64,000 nt of DNA from an uncultured Chloroflexia bacterium (GTDB taxonomy: Bacteria; Chloroflexota; Limnocylindria; QHBO01): contig CAWDVA010000007.1 in the NCBI GenBank assembly GCA_963805645.1, positions 131,104-195,103 on the forward strand. Direction: 5' to 3'. The notes beneath the pieces are model-generated. The model was not told where the DNA came from. It saw only the letters and a list, made by a program, of their open reading frames with translations, and did no database searches. Both the position numbers and the translations under genes were made by a program. Shown in pieces: positions 25,287 through 34,351 of this stretch (position 1 is the first letter of the stretch; every line of letters starts with the position of its first letter).

Positions 25287-26504
25287 AACTGGCGGTCCAG
25301 TGAGCGCCGCGCCGCCACACGCGGGCGGCTGACCTCTTGGCGCAGGACGCCCTCGAGCGTCTCCTGGCGATCCTGCCGGTTCCAGCGCAGGGCCATCAGC
25401 CCCAGCCGCACGTCGAGCCTCCGCAGGTTGCTGACGCGGCCGCGCCCGATGCGGAAGTGGTACTCGATCTGGGTCAGGAAGCCGTCGAGATCGCCGGTGC
25501 TGGTCGGCGGCGCGGCTGCCAGTCGCTCCTCGACCTCGTCGCCCTTGCTGGCCAGCCACTTCTTCACCGGATCCGGCCCGCTCTGCTCGGCCTGCGCTCG
25601 CCAGGCCCGGAACGTGGTCAGGTCGCTGAAGGCGGTCTGCGCCTCGGCGGCCAGCTGATGTGTGGTGGGATACCAGCGCGCCCGCACGAACTTCTGGAGC
25701 ACCTTGTTGCGGTAGTGGAGGGTGGAGAGGAGGTGCCGGGGACGCTGGCCGGGCGGCCACACCGCCTTGATGGCGTAGCTGATCTGGGGATCGGGATCGC
25801 TGATGATGAGGCGCGGCGTGCCCGGCAGGCTGCGGAAGAAGTCGGCCCAGTCGCCCTTGTGGTCGGCGGGCATAGACGCGGACATGGACGATCTTCAGCG
25901 CCCGCTGCTGGCGACCGTGGCCGCTCGGGCGGCGGATGCCGGCGGCCAGGACCGCGAAGGCCGGCACGCCGTTGGGCTTGGGCTGGCCGGCCTTGGGGTG
26001 GCCGGGCAGGTAGCAGCTCTTGGTCATGAACGGCTGGGCATCCACGACCAGGACCGACGGCCAGCGACGCGGCAGCATCCGGCGACAGACCAGTGAGCCG
26101 TAGCGCAGGACCCAGTCAGCAGCGACACGGCAGTCCTCGGTGAGCGTGCGCTGCTGGACTCGGTGGTGGCCGGTCAGCTTGGCGCGGCGCTGCTCCTGGT
26201 CGTCGCGGTCCTGGCGGGCGGCCAGCGAGGCCATGCGCAGGCTGTCGCCGCGGCCCAGGTTGCGCAGGAAGGCGGCGATGATGGGCACGTTGTAGAGCGC
26301 GTGGCGGAACACCGGGAAGCCGCCGTCCCACTCGCGGGAACAGGTGAGGCAGGTGCCGATCAGATCGGTGGTCAGCGGCTCGGTGAAGTGGTGTGATGCG
26401 CCCGATGGCGGCTCACAGCGGTAGCGCTGCCGCCGCCCGGCGGCTCGGCGTCCGTTGCGGACGACGTGCGAGTGCTGGTGTTCCGGGCATCTGACCCACG
26501 CCAT
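25259..26504 (-). mobile_element. Degenerate, frameshifted IS1595-family-like (IS1-superfamily) transposase gene, an insertion-sequence remnant.
   Basis: The N-terminus RCPEHQHSHVVRNGRRAAGRRQRYRCEPPSGASHHFTE matches the InsA/IS1595 zinc-ribbon pattern (CPxC…VVRNGK…G.QRY.C..C…F) but has lost its cysteines. The C-terminal half lies in a different frame (25885-25259) and shows IS1595-like motifs (RLIISDPD…, TQIEYHFRIGRGRVSNLRRLDVRLGLMALRWNRQDR). A single frameshift falls near 25890. Confidence 0.55.
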
Positions 26505-26689
26505 GCTGCGAGCGTGCCCAACGAACGCGACAGGTTGAATGGCGCGATGGTCCTACACCCTCATCCGATCAGTCGAAGAGTCCGCAGCTACCTCCAGTTA
26601 CGGATGGGCTCACCTGCTCGCGGTGTACCCGCGCGACCGGAGTGGTTAGCTGCTCGGCATGCACGCCAGGAGGCAGGGGCTGTTGGCAA

Positions 26690-26766
26690 TGGTCGGGGCG
26701 AAAGGATTCGAACCTTCGACCTCCTGAACCCCATTCAGGTGCGCTACCAGACTGCGCTACGCCCCG
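26690..26766 (-). tRNA. tRNA-Pro (anticodon GGG).
   Basis: The minus-strand sequence CGGGGCG-TA-GCGC-AGTCTGGTA-GCGC-A-CCTGA-ATGGGGT-TCAGG-AGGTC-GAAGG-TTCGAAT-CCTTT-CGCCCCG-A-CCA folds into a clean 77-nt cloverleaf. It has a 7-bp acceptor stem, a TTCGAAT T-loop, U33 and a GGG anticodon, and an encoded CCA end. Confidence 0.85.
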
Positions 26767-26821
26767 ACCGATGTCGCGATCGGCAGTGTACGACAGCCCG
26801 CGCTGGCGCGCCTCCGCCTGG

Positions 26822-27349
26822 TCACCCGCTGGCGCGTCCGATCTCCGCCTTCTCCTTGTCCTGCACGTCCATCCAGTAGACGGTGATCTCCTGCTCGGTG
26901 AACGCCGAGGGCGGCCCACCGGCCGGCACGAACCAGGCGGTGATGCGGAAGTCGGCGTAGCCCTGGACGCCCACCGGCCACCAGATCACCGGCTGCTCTT
27001 CGTGGAAGGAGACCGGACCTCCCGGATCCGATGCCGCCGCTGGGACCGGGATCTCGTAGAAGACATCGTCCTCTTCCGCGGCGGCCGTCTCGCGCGCGGC
27101 TTGCATGCCACTCGCGTCGGGTGCGTAGTGCTCCGGGCGCATGCGCGGGCGTGGACGCCGATGGATCACGAAGGCCACCGTCCCCGCCTCCCGGGCGGGC
27201 TCCCCGGCGCCATCCAGCAGGGCGAAGCGCACGTCGAAGCCCCGCGCCTGCCACCACGCGTAGCGTTCCACCCGACCCGCACCCGGCCTCCTGGCGTGCC
27301 CACCGGCGAGCTCAAAGCCGATGTCCCCGAATGCGACGACCCTGGTCAT
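26822..27349 (-). CDS. Hypothetical protein with no recognised domain.
   Basis: This is a 175-aa ORF whose codon usage matches its neighbours. A GGAGG Shine-Dalgarno lies 9 nt before the ATG at 27349 (MTRVVAFGDIGFELAGG…). Confidence 0.45.
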   Translation of the reverse strand: MTRVVAFGDIGFELAGGHARRPGAGRVERYAWWQARGFDVRFALLDGAGEPAREAGTVAFVIHRRPRPRMRPEHYAPDASGMQAARETAAAEEDDVFYEIPVPAAASDPGGPVSFHEEQPVIWWPVGVQGYADFRITAWFVPAGGPPSAFTEQEITVYWMDVQDKEKAEIGRASG

Positions 27350-27446
27350 GGTCATTGACCTCCACCCCTGGGTCCGGCGACCGCGCGTCGCAAGTCCCCA
27401 CCAGCGTCAGTGTACGTCGCCCTTCGGGGGCGGGAGGCGCCGGCCC

Positions 27447-28517
27447 TCAGGCTCCCCGCAAGCCGCGTGCGGCCTGCTCGCGGACCTCGGCGCGGCGGTC
27501 GTGGGTCGCCCGCTCCAGGACCGGTCGCACGGCCGGCGAGCCCTCGGTCCCCGCGTTGGCCAGGGCCACCAGCGCGTTGCGCAGCAGCCGGTGGCGTCCC
27601 GCGCGCGTCAGCGCCGTCTCCCCCACCGCCCGCTGGAAAGCCCGCGTCCCCATGGGCAGGAGCCATTCGATGAGGGGCACCAGCGGCACGCGCAGGGGGC
27701 CGGCGTCATCGGCCTCGGCATTCACCGGGCAGACCTCCTGGCACACGTCGCAGCCGAAGACCCAGTCGCCGATGGCGGCCGCTTCCCAGCCCTCGAGGAC
27801 CCCGGCGTGCTCGATGGTCAGATAGCTGATGCAGCGCCGCGCATCGATGGTCTGGGGCGCCACGATGGCCCCTGTGGGGCATCCGGCCAGGCAGCGCGTG
27901 CACGACCCGCAGCTGGAGCGGACGCGGGGTGTCGAGGGCAGCTCCGCGGATGTGAGCAGCGCACCAAGGAAGACCCACGACCCGGCCCGATGATGGGTCA
28001 GCAGGTTCGCGTTCTTGCCGATCCAGCCCAGGCCGGCGCGCTCGGCGAGCGCGCGCTCGGCAAGCGGCCGATCATCCACGTAGGCGACCTCGCCGGAGGC
28101 CACGCCCTCGCGCCGCAGGTCCGCGGCCAGCGCCTCCAGCCGGTCGCGCAGAGAGCGGTGATAATCCGAACCGAGCGCGTAGCGCGCGATCCGCCCCATC
28201 GGTCCATCCGATGGCTGATCCAGGACCGGGGCAAGTGCCCGGCGCAGGGCATCCGGGTCGGGATCCCAGGCCGCGCGGTCGCGCCCCGCGTATGGAGCGG
28301 CCACCACGACGACGGAGCGCGCCGTTGCGACGTGTGCCCGCGGATCGGTTGCGCGCTCCGCACGCTCACCGCCCATCCAGCCCATGGTCGCCATCCGCCC
28401 GGCCGCCACGCTCGCCTCGATGTGCGCACGCGCGTCCGGCAGGGGAGACGCATCGGTGACGCCCACCAGCTCGAGGCCGTGGCGAGCCGCCAGCTGCCCA
28501 AGGTGGTCGTGGTCCAT
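27447..28517 (-). CDS. queG: Epoxyqueuosine reductase QueG.
   Basis: The product shows …GRIARYALGSDYH…GLGWIGKNANLLT…, a 4Fe-4S Cys cluster (CGSCTRCLAGCPTGAI…CISYLTIE…GCDVCQEVCP) and a HEAT-like C-terminus. The start could be the GTG at 28535 or the ATG at 28517. Confidence 0.85.
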   Translation of the reverse strand: MDHDHLGQLAARHGLELVGVTDASPLPDARAHIEASVAAGRMATMGWMGGERAERATDPRAHVATARSVVVVAAPYAGRDRAAWDPDPDALRRALAPVLDQPSDGPMGRIARYALGSDYHRSLRDRLEALAADLRREGVASGEVAYVDDRPLAERALAERAGLGWIGKNANLLTHHRAGSWVFLGALLTSAELPSTPRVRSSCGSCTRCLAGCPTGAIVAPQTIDARRCISYLTIEHAGVLEGWEAAAIGDWVFGCDVCQEVCPVNAEADDAGPLRVPLVPLIEWLLPMGTRAFQRAVGETALTRAGRHRLLRNALVALANAGTEGSPAVRPVLERATHDRRAEVREQAARGLRGA

Positions 28518-28577
28518 CGGCCCATTCTCACCCACCCCGGTGCAGCACGCCTCGAGGAATCCCGGGGTCGGTGATTG

Positions 28578-29588
28578 TCAGGAGAGCAGGCCGGCGAGCT
28601 CGTCCTTGATCTGGCGCCCCATCAGCTCCGCGACCGCGTCGAGAGGCGTGGTGACCCCGTGGATCACCGCGTCCACCTGTTCCGCGATGGGCATCTCCAC
28701 GCCCAGCTGGTCCGCCAGCTCCAGCGCACCGCGCACGGTGAAGACACCCTCCGCCACGCCGGGCAGCTGTGGCTGCACCTCCGGCCAGGCCAGGCCCGAG
28801 GCGAGCAGCTCGCCCGCGCGACGGTTGCGCGAGAGGGGGCTCATGCACGTCCCGATCAGGTCCCCCACGCCCGCGAGGCCCGCGAACGTGAGCGGATTCG
28901 CGCCGGCGGCCGCGCCCAGGCGCGTGATCTCGGCCAGGCCGCGGGTGATGATCCCCGCCTTGGCGCTGTCGCCCAGCTCGAGGCCGTCGACCATGCCGGC
29001 GGCGAGGGCGACCACGTTCTTCAGGGCCCCGGCCAGCTCGACACCCACGACGTCCGCGTTGGTGTACAGCCGAAAGCGCTCCGATCCCAGGAGCGCGGCC
29101 AGATCGGCGGCCAGCCGTCCGTCACCCGAGGCGATCACGGCGCCCGCGGGCTTGCCCGCGGCCACCTCTCGCGCGAGGTTCGGACCGGAGAGCACGGCAA
29201 CGGGTCGCCCGGGAAGCTCCTCCGCGATCACCTCGCTCATGCGCCGGTGGGTACCCTCCTCGATCCCCTTCACCGCCGAGAGCACCGCGGTGGAAGCGTG
29301 GAGCCGGTCCGCCAGGCGGCGCAGCGTCGTGCGCACGTGCGCCGATGGGACGGCAAGGATGAAGAGCCGATACGGCTCGGAGAGGAAGGCGTCCTCGGTG
29401 GCGACCCGGAGCGCCGGCGGAAAGACGATGCCGGGCAGGTAGTGCCGGTTCTCCCGCTCCGCGGCGAGGGTCGCGTTGGCCTCCGGCGAGTGCGCCCACA
29501 GCGTCACCGGCCGGTCGGCCGACGCGAGCCGCACGGCCAGGGTCGTCCCCCACGCCCCCGCCCCGATCACCCCGATCTGGTCGGTCAT
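28578..29588 (-). CDS. gpsA: NAD(P)H-dependent glycerol-3-phosphate dehydrogenase.
   Basis: The product reads MTDQIGVIGAGAWGTTLA…GPNLAREVAAGKPAGAVIAS…ALKNVVALAAGMVDGLELG…. Its start overlaps the der stop (ATGA). Confidence 0.9.
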   Translation of the reverse strand: MTDQIGVIGAGAWGTTLAVRLASADRPVTLWAHSPEANATLAAERENRHYLPGIVFPPALRVATEDAFLSEPYRLFILAVPSAHVRTTLRRLADRLHASTAVLSAVKGIEEGTHRRMSEVIAEELPGRPVAVLSGPNLAREVAAGKPAGAVIASGDGRLAADLAALLGSERFRLYTNADVVGVELAGALKNVVALAAGMVDGLELGDSAKAGIITRGLAEITRLGAAAGANPLTFAGLAGVGDLIGTCMSPLSRNRRAGELLASGLAWPEVQPQLPGVAEGVFTVRGALELADQLGVEMPIAEQVDAVIHGVTTPLDAVAELMGRQIKDELAGLLS

Positions 29589-31060
29589 CGGCGGCGTGCC
29601 GGGCGGGCCGGGCGCTTGGGGCGCGCCGCGCCGGACCTGCGGGGGCGGGCAGAACGGCGTGCCGCCTCCTCGTTCACGCGCTGCCGGAAGATGAGCCGGA
29701 TGGGCGTGCCGAGGAATCCGAACTCCGCCCGGATCCGGTTCTCCAGGAAGCGCTTGTAGCTGAAATGGATCAGCTCCGGGTCGTTGACGAAGATGACGAA
29801 GGTGGGCGGCGCCACGCTCACCTGGGTGGCGTACAGGATCTTCGGGAGCCGATTGCGCACGTGGCTTGGCGGGTGGGCACGGACCGCGTCGCCCACGACC
29901 CGGTTCAGCTCCCCGGTGGGGACCCGCCGATACCGCTCCTCCGCCACGCGCCGCGCCTCTCCCAGCACGCGGTCGATCCGGGCTCCGGTCTGCGCCGAGG
30001 CGAAGACGATGTCGGCCCAGGCCAGGTACGGCGCCTGTCGGCGCAGGGAATGGAGCCGGTCGTCGGCGGTCTTCTCGTCCTTCTCGACCGCGTCCCACTT
30101 GTTGAGGACCAGCACCAGCCCCTTGCCCGCCTCGAGGACGTGGCCCACCACGTGGGCGTCCTGGGCCGTATAGCCCTCAACCGCGTCGGTCATCACCACC
30201 GCCACGTCGGCGCGGTCGATGGCCTTCATGCTGCGCAGGACCGAGTAGCGCTCGATCCCCCGCCCCACGGCGCCGCGGCGCCGGATTCCGGCCGTGTCGA
30301 TCAGGATCATGGGCTCCCCGCCCGCCAGCACCGGTGTGTCAACGGGGTCGCGGGTCGTGCCGGGCACCTCGGAGACGATCATCCGCTCCTCGCCCAGGAC
30401 CCGGTTGACGAAGGTGGACTTGCCGGTGTTCGGGCGTCCCACGATCGCCACCTTCGGCGGCCCCAGGTCGGTCTCCGCCAGCTCGGCAAGCTCCTTGTCG
30501 GTGAGCTCCTCGCCGTCGAACCCGTCCGCGTCCACGGCGGAGCCGCCATCGGTCTCGTCCGCGGGTGGCAGCGCATCCACGATCATGTCCGCGAGGTCAC
30601 CGGTGTTGCGCCCGTGCTGCGCGCTGATGGTGATGGTCTGCTCGAAGCCCAGGGCATGGAACTCGACGCCTTCCATCTCCCGCTTGGGGTTGTCCGCCTT
30701 GTTGATCACCAGGATCACCGGCTTCGCCGCCCGGCGCAGGCGATCGGCCACCTCGTAGTCCAGAGGCGCCAGGCCGGCGTGAGCGTCCACCACGAAGAGG
30801 ATGACCTCTGCCTCCTCGATCGCCACCCTGGCCTGGTCCTGGACGCGCGCCTCTATGTCGGTCCCGGGTTCGAGCTCCAGGCCGCCGGTGTCGACCACGG
30901 TGTAGTCGCGGCCGTTCCAGTCCCCGGTGGCGTACACCCGGTCACGCGTGGTCCCGGGCAGGTCCTCGACAATGGCGATCCGCTCGCCGGCGAGGCGGTT
31001 GAAGAGCGTCGACTTGCCGACGTTGGGGCGTCCGACAATGGCGACCACGGGGAGGGTCAT
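29585..31060 (-). CDS. der: Ribosome-biogenesis GTPase Der (EngA), with tandem GTP-binding domains and a KH-like domain.
   Basis: The two G-domains read VVAIVGRPNVGKSTLFN…DTGG… and VAIVGRPNTGKSTFVN…DTAGIRRRG…NKWD…. A basic C-terminal tail follows. GGAGGG precedes the ATG at 31060. Confidence 0.9.
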   Translation of the reverse strand: MTLPVVAIVGRPNVGKSTLFNRLAGERIAIVEDLPGTTRDRVYATGDWNGRDYTVVDTGGLELEPGTDIEARVQDQARVAIEEAEVILFVVDAHAGLAPLDYEVADRLRRAAKPVILVINKADNPKREMEGVEFHALGFEQTITISAQHGRNTGDLADMIVDALPPADETDGGSAVDADGFDGEELTDKELAELAETDLGPPKVAIVGRPNTGKSTFVNRVLGEERMIVSEVPGTTRDPVDTPVLAGGEPMILIDTAGIRRRGAVGRGIERYSVLRSMKAIDRADVAVVMTDAVEGYTAQDAHVVGHVLEAGKGLVLVLNKWDAVEKDEKTADDRLHSLRRQAPYLAWADIVFASAQTGARIDRVLGEARRVAEERYRRVPTGELNRVVGDAVRAHPPSHVRNRLPKILYATQVSVAPPTFVIFVNDPELIHFSYKRFLENRIRAEFGFLGTPIRLIFRQRVNEEAARRSARPRRSGAARPKRPARPARRR

Positions 31061-31129
31061 GGCGCGAGTGTACCGGGGTATGCTCCGAACCGATGTCCGG
31101 GCCCCGTCTGCGCCACGCGGGTTCGCGCC

Positions 31130-31335
31130 GTGATCCTCGATCCGGCCGGGCGCACGCTGCTCGTCCGCTTCGCGTTCCCCGACCGGGTGGTATGGGCCTG
31201 TCCCGGCGGCGGCATCGAGGAGGGCGAGACTCCGCACGACGCGAGCTGGCGGAGGAGACCGGCCTGGCGATCACCGACCCGGGACCGCCCATCTGGCGGC
31301 GGGAGCACGAACCCCGCTACGCGCTCAGGGCGTAG
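31130..31335 (+). pseudogene. NUDIX hydrolase remnant, both truncated and frameshifted.
   Basis: One frame reads AVILDPAGRTLLVRFAFPDRVVWACPGGGIEEGETPHDA. After a shift at about 31235 the next frame reads RELAEETGLAITDPGPPIW…, and the ORF stops 30 aa later where ispH ends. The Nudix box (Gx5Ex7REUxEExGU) is therefore split across two frames, and the C-terminal half of the fold is missing. Confidence 0.4.
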
Positions 31336-32207
31336 ATCCGGTCGCGGACCGCCTCGAGGTCGACCTCCGGCGTCGAGGTGCCCCCGGTGATGCCGATCCG
31401 GGCCTTGCCGGCCAGCCAGCCGCGGTGCTCGCGCGCGAGCTCATCCGCATCCTCGATGTGGATCACCGCGTCGCAGACCTCGCGGCATTTCACCGCGAGC
31501 TCCTTGGTGTTCGAGCTGTTCTTGCCGCCGACGACGATCATCGCGTCCACCTCGCCGGCGAGCACCACCGAGTCGGCCTGGCGGGTCAGGGTCACCGGGC
31601 ACACGGTATTCACCACGCGGAGGTCGTGACATCGGCGCAGGCAGAAGGCCGCGAACTCCTCGAGCTTGGTGGGCAGGATGGTCGACTGGGAGAGCACCCC
31701 GATCTTCTTGGTGTGCGGGACGCGCTCCCAGGTCGAGCGATCCAGGTCGTCCACCACGACATGGTTCTCGCCGGCGTAGCTGCGCACGCCCTTGATCTCG
31801 GGGTGGTCCTCGTGGCCGATGATGGCGACCGTGTAGCCCTGCTCCGCCAGCTCGGCTGCCGCCTTCTGGCTCTGGAGCACCCAGGTGCAGGTGGCGTCGA
31901 TCACCTCCAGCTCGCCCTTCGACTGCAGGGCGGTCATCTCGCTCGCAGGGACGCCGTGGGCGCGGATGACGAGCGTGCCGCCCTCGACCTGGTCGGCGAG
32001 GTCGGCGGTGAGGATCCCGCGGTCGGAGAGATCGGCCTTGATCCCGGGGTTGTGGACGAGCTGCCCCAGGGTGGTGACGTCCTTGCCGAGCTCGCGGGCG
32101 TGCTTGGCCTTGTCGATCGCCAGGCGCACGCCATAGCAGAAGCCGGCGCGCTCGGCGATGCGCACCTCGGGGCGGACGGGGGTCGCGGCAGTCATCTCGC
32201 CTGCCAT
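31317..32207 (-). CDS. ispH: 4-Hydroxy-3-methylbut-2-enyl diphosphate reductase IspH (LytB).
   Basis: The product shows …ERAGFCYGVRLAIDKA…VHNPGI…ATCTWVLQSQ…NTVCPVTLTRQ…MIVVGGKNSSNT… with the three conserved Cys and SxN motifs. Confidence 0.9.
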   Translation of the reverse strand: MAGEMTAATPVRPEVRIAERAGFCYGVRLAIDKAKHARELGKDVTTLGQLVHNPGIKADLSDRGILTADLADQVEGGTLVIRAHGVPASEMTALQSKGELEVIDATCTWVLQSQKAAAELAEQGYTVAIIGHEDHPEIKGVRSYAGENHVVVDDLDRSTWERVPHTKKIGVLSQSTILPTKLEEFAAFCLRRCHDLRVVNTVCPVTLTRQADSVVLAGEVDAMIVVGGKNSSNTKELAVKCREVCDAVIHIEDADELAREHRGWLAGKARIGITGGTSTPEVDLEAVRDRIYALSA

Positions 32208-32230
32208 TCTATCGGTGGCGGCCGAATCGG

Positions 32231-32914
32231 TCAGTCGACCGCCTCCGACGACGGCGGATCGCCGTAGCGCCCACGCTGCCACGCGGGGAGCATGGCCGCG
32301 ATCTCGCGCATGATCCGGTCCGATCCAGCCGACAGTTCAGCCCGGTCCAGCCGGCCGGACGGCTGGTGCGGCAGCGAGAAGAGATCGCCCACCCGGACGT
32401 CGACCCGATGGCGGCGTGGAATGCGCGCCCCGCGCGGGAAGACGCGTTCCGTACCGGTGATGGACGCGGGGAGCAGGGGCACGCCCGAGCGCATCGCCAG
32501 CAGCGCTGCACCGCCGTGACCCTCGCCGATGATGCCCGTGCGCGAGCGGGTCCCCTCGGGGAACATCCCGACCGGGCGTCCGGCGGCCAGGTGGGCCAGG
32601 GCGGTGCGCTGGGCGGCTCGATCACCCTCCCCGCGGCGCACGAAGAAGACGCCCGCCTGCTTCGCCAGCCAGCCGATGACCGGCCAGTGCAGCATCTCGT
32701 CCTTGGCCATGAACCGGACCACGATCCCGTTCAGATCCCCCACCGTGGCGCCGATGATCAGCGGGTCGAAATTGGAAAAGTGGTTCGCCACCAGGATGAA
32801 CGGCCCTTCGCGCGGCACGCGCTCGAGGCCATCCACGTGCAGGGGTCCGAAGATCAGCATCCCGAGCCGGGTAAGGAACGAGCCGGGGCCAAAGAACCAG
32901 GTCGGATCCGACAT
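32231..32914 (-). CDS. plsC: 1-Acyl-sn-glycerol-3-phosphate acyltransferase (PlsC/LPLAT family).
   Basis: The HX4D motif is present (ILVANHFSNFDPLII), together with …FMAKDEM… and …GMFPEGTRS…. Confidence 0.85.
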   Translation of the reverse strand: MSDPTWFFGPGSFLTRLGMLIFGPLHVDGLERVPREGPFILVANHFSNFDPLIIGATVGDLNGIVVRFMAKDEMLHWPVIGWLAKQAGVFFVRRGEGDRAAQRTALAHLAAGRPVGMFPEGTRSRTGIIGEGHGGAALLAMRSGVPLLPASITGTERVFPRGARIPRRHRVDVRVGDLFSLPHQPSGRLDRAELSAGSDRIMREIAAMLPAWQRGRYGDPPSSEAVD

Positions 32915-32917
32915 CGG

Positions 32918-34351
32918 TCAGAACCTCCCCGGCAGGTGCGCCACGATGGCGTCAACGCAGGCATCCACGTCGAGCTCCCCGGTGTCGAGGACCAGGGCAC
33001 CGGGCGCCTTGCGCAGCGGGGCGATCTCGCGGCCGGAATCCGCGGCGTCTCGCTGCTCGATCTCGGCGAGGTACTCGCGGGCGCGTTCCGGATTGCCCAT
33101 CTCGGCCGCACGACGCGCAGCACGCACCAGCGTCGACGCGGTCAGATAGACCTTCAGGGTCGCATCCGGCAGCACCACGGTACCGATGTCGCGCCCGACC
33201 ATGACGACATCGCCGGTGCGAGCCGTGGCGCGCTGGACGGCCACCATCGCCCGGCGCACCTCGGCGTGGCGGCTGACCTGTGAGACGAGCCGGTCGATGC
33301 GCGGAGTCCGCACCTCGCCGGTCACGTCGCGACGACCCACGAGCACCGTCTCGCGCCGGTCGGTCTCGGCGTCTCGAGGGCGGCGCACGTGGATGCGCGC
33401 GTCGCGGGCCAGTCGTCCAAGCGCAACCGGATCGCTCGGGTTCACCCTGCGCTCCAGGGCGACGAGGGTCAGCGCGCGGTACATGAGGCCGGTGTCGACG
33501 AAGGTCGCGCCGATGCGCACCGCGAGCGTGTGCCCCACGGTGCTCTTCCCCGAGCCGGATGGTCCGTCGATGGCGACCGTGATGGACCCGCGCGCGGCGC
33601 GGCCGCGCGTCGCGCCGCCCGCGAGGGAGTCGACCTCGGCGGGTTTCAGCACGCGCCACTCCCCCGCTGCCAGCCCACCCAGGGTCAACGGTCCCAGGCC
33701 CACGCGGGCCAGGCGATGCACGCGGTGGCCGGCCGCGGCGAAGAGCCGGCGCACCTCGCGCTTGCGCCCCTCCCCCACGCGCACCCGGAGCCAGCGGCCC
33801 TGCTCCCGTGGCTCGCGGATGATCTCCGGCGGTGGCGCTGCCCGGTGCGCGGCGAGGAGGCGAGCCATGCCGTCCTCGAGCGACAGCCCGCGCCGCAGCT
33901 GCTGGAGTGTCCGGGTGTCCGGCTCGGGGTCGACCAGGACCGAATACTCCCGCTCGAGGCCGTACCGGGGATGCAGGACCCTGTTCGCCCAGGCACCGTC
34001 GTTGGTGAGCAGCATCAGCCCCTCGGAGTCCACGTCGAGACGGCCGGCCGGCCACAGGCGGCCATATGCCCCGGGCGCGACCAGGTCGACGACGGCGCGC
34101 CGGCCGCGTTCCTCGCGGGCCGAGGAGAGGAATCCGCGGGGTTTGTGGACCGCCAGGTAGACGGCCATGGGTGCATCGCTCAGCGGCTGTCCATCGACCG
34201 CGATCCGGTCGGTCTCCGGGTCGGCGCTCGACCCGGTGGCCGCAACGACCCCGTTGACCGTGACGCGGCCCGCCGCGATGAGGCCTTCGGCCGAGCGACG
34301 CGAGGCGAGGCCGGCCCGCGCGATGATCTTCTGCAGGCGCTCAGCCGGCAT
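32918..34351 (-). CDS. In-frame fusion of pseudouridine synthase RluB (S4 plus PseudoU_synth_2) with cytidylate kinase Cmk.
   Basis: The N-terminal half reads MPAERLQKIIARAGLASRRSAEGLI… (S4) then …VYLAVHKPRGFLSS…AGRLDVDSEGLMLLTNDG… (RsuA/RluB catalytic Asp). It continues without a stop into …ITVAIDGPSGSGKSTVGHTLA…RDIGTVVLPDA… (Cmk P-loop and lid). There is no ATG, GTG or TTG in frame within the 20 codons before the Cmk P-loop. Confidence 0.8.
   Translation of the reverse strand: MPAERLQKIIARAGLASRRSAEGLIAAGRVTVNGVVAATGSSADPETDRIAVDGQPLSDAPMAVYLAVHKPRGFLSSAREERGRRAVVDLVAPGAYGRLWPAGRLDVDSEGLMLLTNDGAWANRVLHPRYGLEREYSVLVDPEPDTRTLQQLRRGLSLEDGMARLLAAHRAAPPPEIIREPREQGRWLRVRVGEGRKREVRRLFAAAGHRVHRLARVGLGPLTLGGLAAGEWRVLKPAEVDSLAGGATRGRAARGSITVAIDGPSGSGKSTVGHTLAVRIGATFVDTGLMYRALTLVALERRVNPSDPVALGRLARDARIHVRRPRDAETDRRETVLVGRRDVTGEVRTPRIDRLVSQVSRHAEVRRAMVAVQRATARTGDVVMVGRDIGTVVLPDATLKVYLTASTLVRAARRAAEMGNPERAREYLAEIEQRDAADSGREIAPLRKAPGALVLDTGELDVDACVDAIVAHLPGRF

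Noticed and set aside
26466-26879. A 137-aa plus-strand ORF spanning the tRNA-Pro locus.
   Set aside because: It overlaps a clean tRNA cloverleaf on the opposite strand and has no RBS. Its translation is compositionally random.
29765-31390. A 541-aa plus-strand ORF antisense to der.
   Set aside because: It is a shadow ORF over most of its length. Only its last 60 codons or so (31130 onward) carry a genuine NUDIX-like signal, which is reported separately as a remnant.
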